In this document: positions 14,598 through 26,927 of the stretch, one piece after another
Layout: every line of letters starts with the position of its first letter
Position numbering within the stretch: the first letter of the stretch is position 1
Source: Balanoglossus misakiensis
Taxonomy: Eukaryota > Animalia > Hemichordata
NCBI GenBank assembly: GCA_040954595.2
Contig: CM082580.2
Location: 2,532,783 to 2,596,782 of the forward strand
Reading direction: 5' to 3'
Length of the DNA: 64,000 nt
Made by a program: the position numbers and the translations under genes
Notes under the pieces: model-generated
Told to the model about the DNA's origin: nothing
What the model saw: the letters and a program-made list of their open reading frames with translations, nothing else
Database searches by the model: none

Positions 14598-17500
14598 TTG
14601 TAGTGATGGAAAAATTGTGAGTCAGAGGTTATTGAATATATGTATCATTGTTTAGTATTGTTGAACAAACACCCGGTCATTTACTTTAGTTTTTTTATTC
14701 TGACAAATTTTTATGTATAGGATTGCCGCGTATTTCGAATAAGTGTGCACGCATGCGTCGCGGACGAGTGATTCGCCGAATAGCTACCGTATGTTCACGA
14801 AAGATAGCCGAGGTGTCTTAAAAATATCGTATTTTTAAAGCGGACTGGCTCCATTACTTTCCAGAAATTACGGGACATTACAAAAAAGAAGAGGGAAGTT
14901 CACCTCTCTTTAAACAAATAACTTTTTATCTTGATACTTCATTACTCAGCGACCGAAATAATGGACGGAGTTTTTTCATTAACAAGAGCTACATGTACAA
15001 TAACTGTAAAACCGACGAAGGATGGTTAACTGTCGCAACGGGAGAGGAAAGGTCGCCGTGCGAGTGGGACCATCCGAAGAACTTGAAAATAAACCATTTT
15101 TTATTTTCAACATCGGCATCTTATGCAGTTTGGGGGTCAGGTCAGTCACAGACAATGAACTACTTTGACGATGATAAGATCTTGACCCTCTTTTCAACAT
15201 TCGATTTACAATCTTTCAGTATTTTTGGGAAAACATGCAATTCTCATATTGTACTAAAGAGACAAGTAAGCGCACTTTGCACAAATAATGAAATATCAGT
15301 GCAGTTTCATTGCATTGCGTTTTTCTTGTTAATATCTTATAATCACAAATTATTTCTAATTGTGTTAGAAGCTATTAACAATATAAAATAAATTGTTCTG
15401 TTAATATGGGCTAGTATAATGGAAACAGAATTCATTTCAGAACTTTGACGCGCTTGCGCACTTCGGGGGTTTCCTTCAAAGTGGACAAAGCCTAAAAGAC
15501 GGAGCACTACGATTTACACATGCACATCAGTTTGATTACAATTTGATCAAAATATGCTGAAATGTGACGATCACCAAGATATTTGTTGCTGCCACAATTC
15601 TTCATGGACAAGTTTTTATTGAATTACAAATGTACCTCGGATAAGATTCGTCTTCAAGGAAAAGATAATAGGCAATATTCTTGTCCCATAAATGACCTTA
15701 CATAAGTTATGTACTGAACGTTTTTTTTGTCAAATTGTTGAATCTTGACAGCCTCATACCAATTGAAGTACAATTATGAAAGGTCATATATTGGTCATGA
15801 AAGTGGTCTATGCATTTGTAGAGAACGATAAAACATTTCAATTGTTGTAAACGTAAATTTCAAAAGCAAAAAAGATAGTCAATGTACTAGCAGTATTAAC
15901 TTAATCTTCCATTGTGTCAAGATTGTCCAAAATCACTCAGGCATTGTACTATGGCCAGTCTTTCTCTCGATAATGGTAGCATAATGCAGGCGCCATTCAT
16001 ACGAATCAATTGTTATTGTTTTCATGTATTGACACAGAAAACTCAAGCAGAGCTGATGTCTTCGCGGTGTTTGTGAAATCACCGAGTAAGTATCCAACGT
16101 TATTCAACTTTTAAAGGGAAATGTCGCAAAACGAAACCTGCGTAAACAGGTAACATTTTGGTAGATGTGAATACAATTTTGTCGGGAAGTCGAATTAAAC
16201 ACCAGGAACTATTGACTATTTAGTATGTGTTATGTAAGATCAATCGCACTGTGTGTTGACTACACTATGTATTCGTAGAGAACCATTGCTCTAATTTATC
16301 TAGTTGATTGGCTTCTTGGGCTAGAAATGTGAAAATGAAACTGTGCCACTCTTTGACCGCCCTGTAGATCTGATCGTTGACCCGTGCGAGCAGTACTTGC
16401 CGATCGACAACAAGTATCGGAGCTCGGCCTACAGTTTGGACGCCACGATGTCACAACAGGACTACATATGCGACGGCGGGTTGGAGCCGAATTGGTACAG
16501 GTTCACGAGCGAGGCCGGGGGTCAAATGCCGACATCGTGTGTCCCAGAATTCCACTGTGGAACCCAATTTCCGGGGTGGCTCGATGGTGAACTACCGCCA
16601 GCGAACGAATGCCAGGCGATGACTGTGTGCATAAACGAAGGTACTCCAACTTTTGAGCTTCTCCGCAGATATAGATGATGAGTTATGCAATGTTAAGTCA
16701 AGGAGCTTCATCACTTTCGGACTCAGGTCTGACATTTCATTTTTTTGCTGAATCAAACCTCTATCTTCTTAGGTGGCACCAACTGCTGCGATACAAGTGC
16801 CGACGTCATTGTGAAGAACTGTGGAGAGTTCTACGTTTACAAGTTGGAACCACTTGATATCTGCCCTGCTGCCTACTGCGCAGGTACCGTACTTTACGAC
16901 CTTCAAATTAAATGAATTATAGTATCTTAATTAACGACTTAATTGCAGGTAATTAATATTTATCTCTCTCTCTCTCTCTCTCTCTCTTCCCCCCTCTGTC
17001 TCCCTCTCTCTTTCCCTCTCCCTCCTCGTAGGTGGCAAGGAACCGTGCCCACCAGGACATGGCTCTCCCAGTGGTGGATTTCAGCCAGGTTGCTCAGGTA
17101 ACTTACACAGATATTCATGTCGTGTTTTTTTCGTGTTTTCTTGGCATTTCGCTCTATGAGATTGCATGTCCACTGTTCCCAAAACTATAAAATCACGGGG
17201 AAACCAGGCTTTTACCTAGAGCATAATCACATTTTTACGATGGTGAGATTAACTTTTATTCTTGCAAATTATTTCCTCTACAGTATTTGATATAAAATGG
17301 CTATGTCCCTGGCGAACTCTTGAAGTGACTGAGAAATTTGATCGAGCGAGTGTAAACTGTCTTCCGAGAAATAACCTCTCAAATAAAACCACGAAGCCAC
17401 TAATAAGAATTAGGCCACTTTAATCAGTTTTAACTTGTATGGGGTCGCATAAAAGTATAAAAAATAACTCTTAATGGGCGATAACAGTGTCTTTTCGATC

Positions 17501-18655
17501 TACATCCGTGATGTAAAACAGTCAACGCACAAGGAGGAGTTCTTGTTCAAATCATAAAGACACTCCACATGATTATAAATGATTAGCTAGTGCACACTAT
17601 CTAAACATGTAACTGCTATGCGTCCAATGGCTTCACCTCATAATCTACAAATGGTTGTAACGTGAAGAGTACATTCTTATCTTGGTGATCAATTCCTATG
17701 TCTTCCTCAAAGTCGAGTTTCCAAATCTCGACCAAATGCCAATGTTGACGCCAAAATTTAGCGAAGAAAGACATCAGGGTTACTTGGAGTGTCAGTTCAG
17801 AGGCGGCGAATCACAGGAGGCGGAGTATGAAATCAACTGGCTGATGGACGACACTCTGGTCAAGGCGAAGGAGGTATCTCCGGATTCCCCAAAAGACATC
17901 TTGTGGGAAGATGAATTCGTGATTGGCTGCACAGTGAGTGTCGAAGTTGCGTTGTTTGTTTGTTTTTTTTATTGTTCGTGGAAGTAACACTTGTGGCACG
18001 TGACGTGAGGGATACGCGGTCCGAAAATCAAAGTCTTAAATCCATTCGTATTTGCTCATATAGGTTTGGCGCGGCACGAGACGAGTGGTACATAACAATC
18101 GTAAACCAAAGAAAACGTCTAGAGAAATAGCAATGAAGTTGTCAATATATCAAAATATGATTGTTGGATGAAATTTGCGACATTTTATTTCTTCTTCAAA
18201 GGTTCGGTGTGAAGTCGTCACCCGCTTTCTAGATTCCGATGTCCTCAGTCCACCGTTTTCCAGCAACGATGTGTTTGTTGGTATCAAGGTAGGTGTATTT
18301 GACAGCCAATGACCAGGATCAACATGATTCGGTGGAAAATGTATTCATATTTTCAAATGTTTGAGTCAATAACGATGAAAACGCATATATTTACATGCAC
18401 AAATATAAAACACGCTTTTCCTAACATCTTATTGCAAGATAAATCATCACGGTGAGTTATTTGCATTTAAGGTCTCGCCGAACTCGATAATCACGCGAGA
18501 AGACCTGTCAGGACCTGGGCACGAAGTGGCTCTTTGGGCAACCGTACCAATGTCGTGTAAAATTGAACTAAAAGCAGAGAGGGGTGAGTTAGATTTATCC
18601 CACAGCTAAACTTCACTGTGTCTTTTTATCGCCTTGTCGTTCGTTCGTTCGTTCG

Positions 18656-18739
<84 letters not shown>

Positions 18740-21700
18740 GAGTGAGTGAGTGAGTGAGTGAGTGAGTGAGTGAGTGAGTGAGTGAGTGAGTGAGTGAGTG
18801 AGTGAGTGAGTGAGTGAGTGAGTGAGTGAGTGAGTGAGTGAGTGAGTATTGACAGTCAGTCCATCCTTTTTCCATGCATCTATCTATCAATCCATCCATC
18901 CATCCACTTGAATTCAAGACAGTCGCTTTTTTGTTTTTTCTCTTGTTCAGCCTCTCTTGATCGTCCAGAGATTCTGTTAAGTACATGCGCAGTTAATATC
19001 AGACATGAATCGTACAACACACTGCAAAAAGTGAAGTTCGATGCAGTGAGGGATTTCCAAAACGACGGAGATCAGTTTGTGAGAGTGCATGCGCAACCGG
19101 CGTCCGATGAATGCTCTGCTAGAGTTAAGGATGGCTACAGAGAAAGCATTGGTGTGAGTCTCAAATCATTTCATATCACGCTGTTACTAACTGATCCAAT
19201 GTACATGTAGTTCCATATGAAATGTCCCCAGTGTTAATAACACGTCGGCGTGACTCGTATAGGGTCCCGTTCTGGTCAAAATTATGTTTTATTATACATT
19301 CAACGACAATTTTTTCGCCCTGTCTCGGCTTATGTAGTGTACATGGATACGCTTACTTGGAAAAGCTCGGCAATGGTATGAAGTGTGTTTTTTTAATTGA
19401 CAGGTTCGGGTGAAGGATATTGACACCGGACGGTGCACATCTCGAGGAGACCCTCATTACATCACCTACGATGGCCGGTATGTATAGACATTAATGGCAA
19501 CCTTAGACTAGCCCACTAGTCGCTTGGTGATTTTTGAATCTCAATACTTTTTTGTGTTTGCGGTGTTTTTTGTCTTAATAAATAATTTCAAAACATTTTG
19601 CGTGCATGCTTGCTTTAGGCGTGTTTCTGGTAGTGAGTCTAGTTTCGAATATTGGACTGGGCTCACGGTTTCGGTTACCTACGCGTTCCCTTGACGTTCA
19701 TACGCATTCACACTCGGTGACTTTTACTTCACACACGGTACATAGAGAAATTCGGAACAAGTTTATTTTTAATGCATAATATTATGAAATAATGAAGCCC
19801 AAGTCTATGGCAACCTTAGAGTTGCCTGGTTACTAAACAACGCACGTCTATCTCTTATCTATATGCAATATTTGGCGGGAAAGATCAGCTGGTCACTTGT
19901 CAGCTTATCGTCAGAATGTGACTATAAACATGTTATAGGGTAACATTGACTGAAATTAAAATGCTCCCTTCTCCGCAGAAAATTCGACAACTATATAGTT
20001 GGTGATTTTGTGTTCCACAAAAGCCTGCATAGAGACTTCGAGGTAAGAGTTTAATGCCTTTTGCTATCGATGATATCGACATCTTAGACATATCTGATTA
20101 AAATCAGATGTAGAGTAAGGCGCTGGCTTACGCTGGCTGATTCTTTGCTGTTCTGTTCGGAAAGGGCGCGTGCGCCCGAGAAAAGCCAAGAGAGAGAGAG
20201 TGTGTAGAACGACCATAACTATCACCTAACTCTACATCTGATTTTAATCAGATTGATCCTCCTTCATCCGACTTGAACAGTTAACGGTGTACTAGTACCT
20301 CGTTAACGATTCACTTGCTGTGAGGAGCAGATCGATTGCTCTCCACATATTGCCCCGTCTCCATCCGCTCACAAAGCCCGTGCACTCATACCCGATCCCT
20401 GTCCAATTCACTCTGGATCTTCCCTGTTAATAGGTTCACACCAGAACCTGGAAGTGTTGGCGCGTTGCCTGCAACTGCGGGGTGGTTGTGCGGGAAAATA
20501 ACGATGTCGTCGGCGTGACGATGTGCCACGGGGAGTGGCAGAAAACAGCGCCAAAGGTGGTCAAATTCAGCGAGGGGAACTTTACATCCGGGGTATCCAT
20601 TAACGTAGGAAAGAGCGGTAAACGATTCACCGTAAGTGTATGAATCAATAATTATCACGACAGTCTTTCCACTCAAACCCAAAGGATTCTGATCATATTA
20701 AAGGGACATTAGCTGTAACATTTGACTATTTTTCCGGCATTCATATTCTGTGTACCAAATTCGATTTCCTTTTTTTCTTTCCGACTTTGAACAGATATCC
20801 ATGCCGTCGGGGAGTAGAGTTGTTGCCAAAGTCGGCGGTTGGGGAATGGATATTGAACTGACGGTGCCAAGCGACGATGCCGAGGGTACCGTGGGCCTTT
20901 GCGGTGTGTTCGATGGCGACATCCGAAATGAATACACGCTGAGTGACAACTCACGGTTGGACTACACCGGAAAGCGGCCGAATGAGTTCATCTCCAGTTG
21001 GATGTGAGTTGTCGTTGATCTTTGAGTCGAATGAAAACTTTAGAAATGTACGCACATTTGAATATTGCAAATGACTGAATCAATCTTTTCCTCTTCAGGA
21101 TTGAAGCTGGCGAGAGTTTATTTGACAAGTTGCCCGACACACCGACGTCGACTCCAGACGGGGATCGTCCGAGCGGCGGCATCAGCTGCGAATGCTTCAT
21201 ACACGCCGACCGTCGCCAAGACGGTGGTGAGTGCCACGAAGGCCGCAGAGCCAGGCGCCCTATTGGTCGACAACTCTCTGGAACGGACTTAACTGGCCAG
21301 GTTGACGACAGCCGTTCGAAATTAGGCTCCCGCGCACACCTTCCAGAGGCCGGGAAATTTGGTGCAGAGAGCGTTGACAACGCCTTGGGGAGGTAGGTTG
21401 TGAAGTTCGTGATCAACAATTATGATCATATCGTGCACTTGATATTGGCTCTAAAATCGTTTCAGATTTGACCTTGTCTCATTCAATAACATTCGTACAC
21501 TGGTAACCCATGGACGGAAGACATATACGAAAAATCGAAGCTTTTGTATAAAAGGTTAAGCGATTGCTTCTAATGGTGCAAATATCTAGCGAAATTATTG
21601 TAGACTGTATTGTGTTTTTCACGCTAACAAACGTACACGAATATTCCAAACATGACATTCTGTCACGTGGTCTGTGTTTCGGAATTCGTACAGTTATTTG

Positions 21701-24700
21701 CATTTCAATCCCACGATTTCTTGTGTTAAAAATTAGGAAGAGACGCAGCGAGTTCGGGGAAGTAACGTGGCCGACAGCAAGCGGTATAACTTTGGAACAA
21801 GCGGACGATCGGTGTAGAGCTGAGATCTTGGAGTCACCGATCGCCGAGCACTGTGCCGATGTTCCCGGTGTCGATTTGTTCCGAGGAGTCGACGGCTGCG
21901 TTGAAGACATTGGTGTGAGTGTACTACAATGCATCATGCATACGGGGGGGGGGGGGGATTTGAACATTGATTATTAAGATGGCGACTTCAAATCGAAATT
22001 AGAGACAGAAGTGATATCGTTGATCTCCGAGTTCTGGAGTGTCAAGTTCAAAAGTAATCTCTTGGATTCACAAGTAGTGACCGTAATAACTTTACATCTC
22101 CTTGAAATAATATTCACCACTATCATTGTTTAAAATAAAAATACGAATAAACGTTTTTTTTATTGAAAGAAGAAGTCCGCACCAAACTAATGCAAAAAGA
22201 CTAATTCGAACGGTATGCAGTTACCAGGGATTATTATTATAAACTTGGAACTTTCAATATTTCTGCATGTACAGTAATACAATTATGTCTTTTTTTTTCA
22301 GCTAATCGATGGTTTTGATCTGGTGTTAGTGGCTGTTGATGAAATGATTGACCATTGTGAAGATGTCGCCTTGAAAAATGTGTCGCTGTATTCTAATGGT
22401 AAGAATTAACGTCAACCCCAGCCAGTATCATTGTTCGTTCTGTAGACATCATTAACCCGTTCAGCCCCAGTTACCTTTATAGAGGTCCACGTTTACAAGA
22501 AAACAATGGATTCGGACCAAACCATTGTGGTGAAAGGGTTAAAGATGTGGCTGTCTTTGCAGTTGGCGTTGTGATATTCGAGTCTCACGACCACACCACG
22601 GAATTTTGTTCCTTCTAAAAATATTCTGTTGTGTCCGAAAGTGACAGCTTAGGATTTTAGACATAAACTGCCCGACAATAATGCAAAAACATTATTTTGT
22701 CGGCTAACTGTTTTAGTTATTGGTATTGTTGGAATTTTTCTTTATTCTTCTTCTTCTTCTCCTTCTGAGAAATTCGGCCAGGTAGATCTGGAAAACCGCA
22801 GCACCTAGGGGGCTGAAACTTGGTAGGGAGGTAGGGGCCAATGAGTAGACGTGCAGTGACTCGTAAATATTTAATTAGTCACGTGACCTGGCGGCAATGT
22901 ATAATCAAAGATTTTAAATGGGCCTAATTTGCATATGAATGGCAGCATTTGAATTGTTTTCGCAAACTTTGTAGACCATAAATAAAAAAAAAAAAAAAAA
23001 AAAAACTTTGTAGACCATATGGCCAAGATACTTTATGCCAAATGTGAAGGTCCTAGACCATGTCGATTTTGAGAAAAAGATTTTTCTAATATTTTTCCCA
23101 TATTTTTATGGCCTTTGGACCAAGCTTTTGGCCTATACTTTCCACAGTTAAGCTATGATCACCTTGAATCAGGTAGATCTGGAAAACCGCAGCACCTAGG
23201 GGGCTGAAACTATTATATATGCATATTCCCCATACCTCCTCTTGTAAAAGCACCACAGTCATGAATTTTGTGGACATGGGTACCAATGCTGCCAGGACCT
23301 GACACAAATATTTTGGTAATTTTGACAATGACCTTTGACCTATTTCTGAAACATCATTTTTCTGCATATCTAATTCCAGGCTAACCAATAGGGCTAGAGG
23401 TCTGGTTTTAGTTGGACATGGCCCACTCTAGGGTCAAAACTATATGCCCAAATTTTGGGTGACCTTGGGTGACCTTTGATCTACTTTCCCATGTCTCAGC
23501 ATCCAAAGCAGTTAGAGTCCTGGCTTTTGGGGGCCGATGGAGCACATATGGAGTCTTACAAAAGACCTCATTAATTATGCGCATACCTAATTCTAGGCGA
23601 ACCAATAGAGCTAGGGGTCTGGTTTTTTTGGACCTAGACTAGTATGGGGTCCGATTTTTTTGCCCAAATTTGGGGTGACCTCAGGTGACCTTTGACCTAC
23701 TTTCATATATCTTGGTATCCACAGCAGATACAGCATTGGCATTTGCTGGTTACCATGGGAACCGCTTGTGCCCCGCCAACGCTGCTTGCAGCTTTAATTT
23801 TTGTTTTGTTTTTGTTTTTTAGATACTGGAAGCTTTTCACCGCCAATGTTTCTGAGAAATTCGATTTGCCCGGGGAAGTGTAGTTACCGTGGTAACTGCA
23901 CCAATGGAGTTTGCTATTGTAACAAAGGTATTTATCTGCCATATATGGCATCGAAACACCATATCTATCAAGACGTCGCCCAACGGGCAACAATATTGAC
24001 ACACGTCATCGTCGGCCGCCATATTGGATCGTATCGTGAAACACACCAATATTTATGTGTATATGCCATGCCATAGTACGTCCGGTATGGTTTTTCAAAC
24101 TGTAATATGCATTTGCATATTGTGGCGTCTTGCGTTTACCGCGACGCCTGAGGAAACGTTTAATTATAACCTGCTCATCCGGACATTTTGCCGAGACAAA
24201 ATGTAGCTCTTAAATATATAACGACAAAACTATATACGGTTGAAGTTGTATTTACATTTTGTTAATTCGTTTATTAGTGGCCTCAAATCTTCACTTCGAT
24301 ACCGGTAATATCCACTTGTAAATCAAAGAACACGTCATTTATATTCGTCGATATGAGTTGTACGTTCAAAATTCTCACCACTAGCTGTTAATAACCTCTA
24401 TGTCTTCAGGATATGGCGGACTCGATTGCTCTGTCGATTTATCAATGCCACCCGACGTGTGGTTCATTGAAGGCTCGGAACAGCACGGTCTGTGCGATAT
24501 ACGTCATGACTTCTGTCAGTCAATCTCTCTCGTCGGCGACAACTTCCTGAACAGTGACTTGCTCATGTGTCATTACCAGCACGTAAAGGTAAGGACTTCG
24601 GTTACATTTATTTAACTTCTAACAGATACGTAATATGACTTTTGCTGTTTGGAAATTGGGGGACATTTGAAAGATTGTCATTTTGACATTTAATAATCGG

Positions 24701-26927
24701 TTGTCATCAGTCTTGTATAGTAATCAAGTTAGAAATGTGAATTGTGTGTAATGGGGTACATTAATGGACTATTACTCAACAGGGTGAAGATGGGGTCTGG
24801 ACGGCCACTAGTCAACACACAACTGCAGCTGACGCCTTCTTCGTCAGCTTTCGGGAGGTTTACTGCCGACCGCGGCTACCCATCGTAGAGCCTGGGAACC
24901 CTGATGAAACAGACGGCGTGACTTCGGCAACTGTCCGTGTTCATGTCAGCAACAACGCCGGCGCCATTGCAAGCAAAGGGATGCTGCTGACCGTGTACGA
25001 CTCCAAGTGTTTGTCATGTGACAGCGCAGGATTGTGTGAACTGAAGGTAGGGAAATTGAAGAAATAAGGAAAATACTGTTTTCCCATATGCACTCTGTGA
25101 AGTTGTGTCTATAGCCCATATACATTTGCACAGCGCATAGACAATGAGGTTTCCAGTAACCGTTTCCTTTACAATCAAAGCGTCATAAATACATTCAATG
25201 CATAATTTTTTCTGGAACTTAGTGAACATAATATTTTCAAGGTTAAACGTTTCGAAATGAGTCAACATACAGTAAACAGCACCATGAATTTGAAACAAAA
25301 TTATTTTCTGGATTCGCAGGTGTACATGGGCAAATTTAAAATGAGCCATCAATAAAATTGCTCACTCATCCTTGTTACGTAAGTCTGATACTTTATACAT
25401 GGACGTTGGTGTTCAGCAGAAGTTCAGAATTTACTATTTGCTATGGTATGAAAACATGGTCTCCATTTGTTCTAGGAAACTGCTTGCGAAATTAATGGAC
25501 ACTGTTTTTCTGATGGCGATCATCACCCGACTGATGCTACACTGCAGTGCCTGCCTTACAAAGATCAACACAGTTGGAGCATGCGTGACAGTAAGTGATT
25601 TCAGGCAGAGCGTGAAAGTTAGGTTGCTTGCATGTGGAGTCCCCTGATCATAAGCCCGTCATGCTCGAGTTCCCTTATAACTTGCTTTCTCATCGTAGTA
25701 ACCATGTATAATGCACTACGCTGTGAAATTTATCGCGGGCTTTAAGCGATCGCTGGTCATAGTGATGGCTTTGCCAGTCACCCTAACGTGTATTTTGTTT
25801 TATTTTGTGAACACAGAGGCTGGTGTTTCGTTGGCTTTGATTATCGTGCTGGGTGTGATCATTGCCGTCGCGTCTGTGGGTGTGATTGGTACATGTATTG
25901 GCATTTGGACTTGCAAAATCTCAAAAAATAAGGTGAGAATGGGACCCGGGCGAAAATTTCTGGGTATCGGCTGTGATTTGTGATACACGCATTTGAAGTA
26001 GCAAAGTCGGAACGGCTGAAGTTTCGCTTATTCGTATTGCGTATACAGGCTATGTTGACAAGCTGACCATAGACAGTAGAATATCTATGAGCTGACATGG
26101 CATATAACAACCTTTATCACATACATAGCTCCGCATATACCATAGTATGACGTCAGACGTAGGTAAATTTGCACCAAGCATTATTGTAATACCCATCCCT
26201 CTGACGTCACCAAACGGAACTATTTTAAACTTGTAAACAAAGTCCTCTTAGGGCGACAACATTCAGTTCAATTGTTCGTTTTATTTCGATATTAAAAATA
26301 AGCAAAGATAAATAAAATGTTTCGTATGTGTAAATATGGACGATCGACGATTAGTTTTACCTGTGTACGTTTTTATCGCACCAAAACTGTCGCGAGGTCG
26401 TCAGTGCTGAGCCAATGTCGTCGCGCTGTCGAACGAGTGACAGGTACAAAACTGAGTATTCGCAAAAATTTTGATGCGACGATTAGAGCAAAACGGTCTA
26501 GTCATAAAGCAAAAGGCATAAGAAAGGTTTCCTGCTCCAGTGAAACCGTGACGGACGATGAAATCCAGCTGATGCGCGATAGACGGGTCCTCGCCAAAAC
26601 CAGAATCGTCCAGGTCGTGACCTGAGTCACCTGACAGATAGACCGCATAACATCGATCTTCAATTTTGCACAAAATAGTTCAAAATTTTATCGCAACCAC
26701 AAAGAGATTTATTTGAAAATAAAAATTAGCGGATCTATGTATGTGATAAACATATAATTCCCCCGTATTCCTCACTCGTGTACCTGCGGCTCGGAGGGAT
26801 ACGGCCGCTATACGGGGAATCACTCGTCCGCGACGCAGGCACACTCGTTCGAAATACGGGGGAATTATATATAATTATCGCATGCTTTATACAGTCACTT
26901 TCTACTTTTCAGGTCTCGTCTGAGTAA
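11061..26927 (+). CDS. VWDE-like type I membrane protein, copy 2 (complete): signal peptide, unnamed invertebrate extracellular domain, UMOD/GP2/OIT3-type D8C domain, Ig-like region, VWD, EGF, TM, short tail
   Basis: ATG at 11061 opens a signal peptide (MTCMAFWLFSVIICCFRIAEGGC). Exons at ~11061-11130, 11364-11546, 11865-12025, 13586-13761 or 14950-15140, 16038-16085, 16369-16640 (WYRFTSEAGGQMPTSC...CGTQFPGWL), 16773-16883 (VKNCGEFYVYKL...AYCAG), 17032-17097, 17713-17933, 18202-18288, 18472-18583, 18950-19152, 19404-19477 (GDPHYITYDG), 19979-20043, 20433-20632, 20795-21003, 21099-21391, 21737-21913, 22302-22398, 23823-23927, 24410-24588, 24783-25046, 25476-25590, 25818-25932 (TM) and 26913-26927 (VSSE*). 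Introns are GT-AG with compatible phases. Confidence 0.88.
12077..12177. repeat. (GA)n microsatellite
   Basis: Read directly from the sequence. Confidence 0.95.
12228..12819. mobile_element. PIF/Harbinger-type MITE
   Basis: TIRs ggctgcattcacaaacacctc / gaggtgtttgtgaatgcagcc, TTA target duplication on both sides, no ORF. Confidence 0.85.
13038..13142. repeat. (TCTTG)n pentanucleotide microsatellite
   Basis: Read directly from the sequence. Confidence 0.95.
14514..14594. repeat. (CT)n / C-rich pyrimidine tract
   Basis: Read directly from the sequence. Confidence 0.9.
18637..18905. repeat. Compound tetranucleotide microsatellite (GTTC)n-(GTTA)n-(GTGA)n-(ATCC)n
   Basis: Read directly from the sequence. 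Confidence 0.95.
19504..19807. mobile_element. MITE with TAGACT...AGTCTA termini and 9-bp TSD (AcademH-like)
   Basis: tggcaacct is duplicated at 19495-19503 and 19808-19816. The TIRs are short. Confidence 0.55.
20092..20253. mobile_element. Short MITE with ~25-bp terminal inverted repeats
   Basis: atctgattaaaatcagatgtagagt ... actctacatctgattttaatcagat. Confidence 0.7.
22452..22542. mobile_element. ~90-bp piggyBac-like mini-element (TTAA-CCC...GGG-TTAA)
   Basis: ttaacccgttca...tgaaagggttaa. Diverged relatives lie at ~54780-54860 and, inverted, at ~58349-58442; they share the aaacaatgg core. Confidence 0.6.
22710..23800 (+). mobile_element. Non-autonomous Helentron/DINE-like intronic element with internal repeats
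   Basis: Starts in a T-run followed by a (CTT)n tract. Internal direct repeats at 22781/23171 (ggtagatctggaaaaccgcagcacctagggggctgaaact) and 23371/23588. Ends in a small hairpin gctgcttgcagc followed by a T-run. No TSD or ORF seen. Confidence 0.5.

Noticed and set aside
18637-18846. Regular repeat array as a possible CRISPR or telomeric array
   Set aside because: There are no unique spacers and the unit is a simple tetranucleotide, not TTAGGG.
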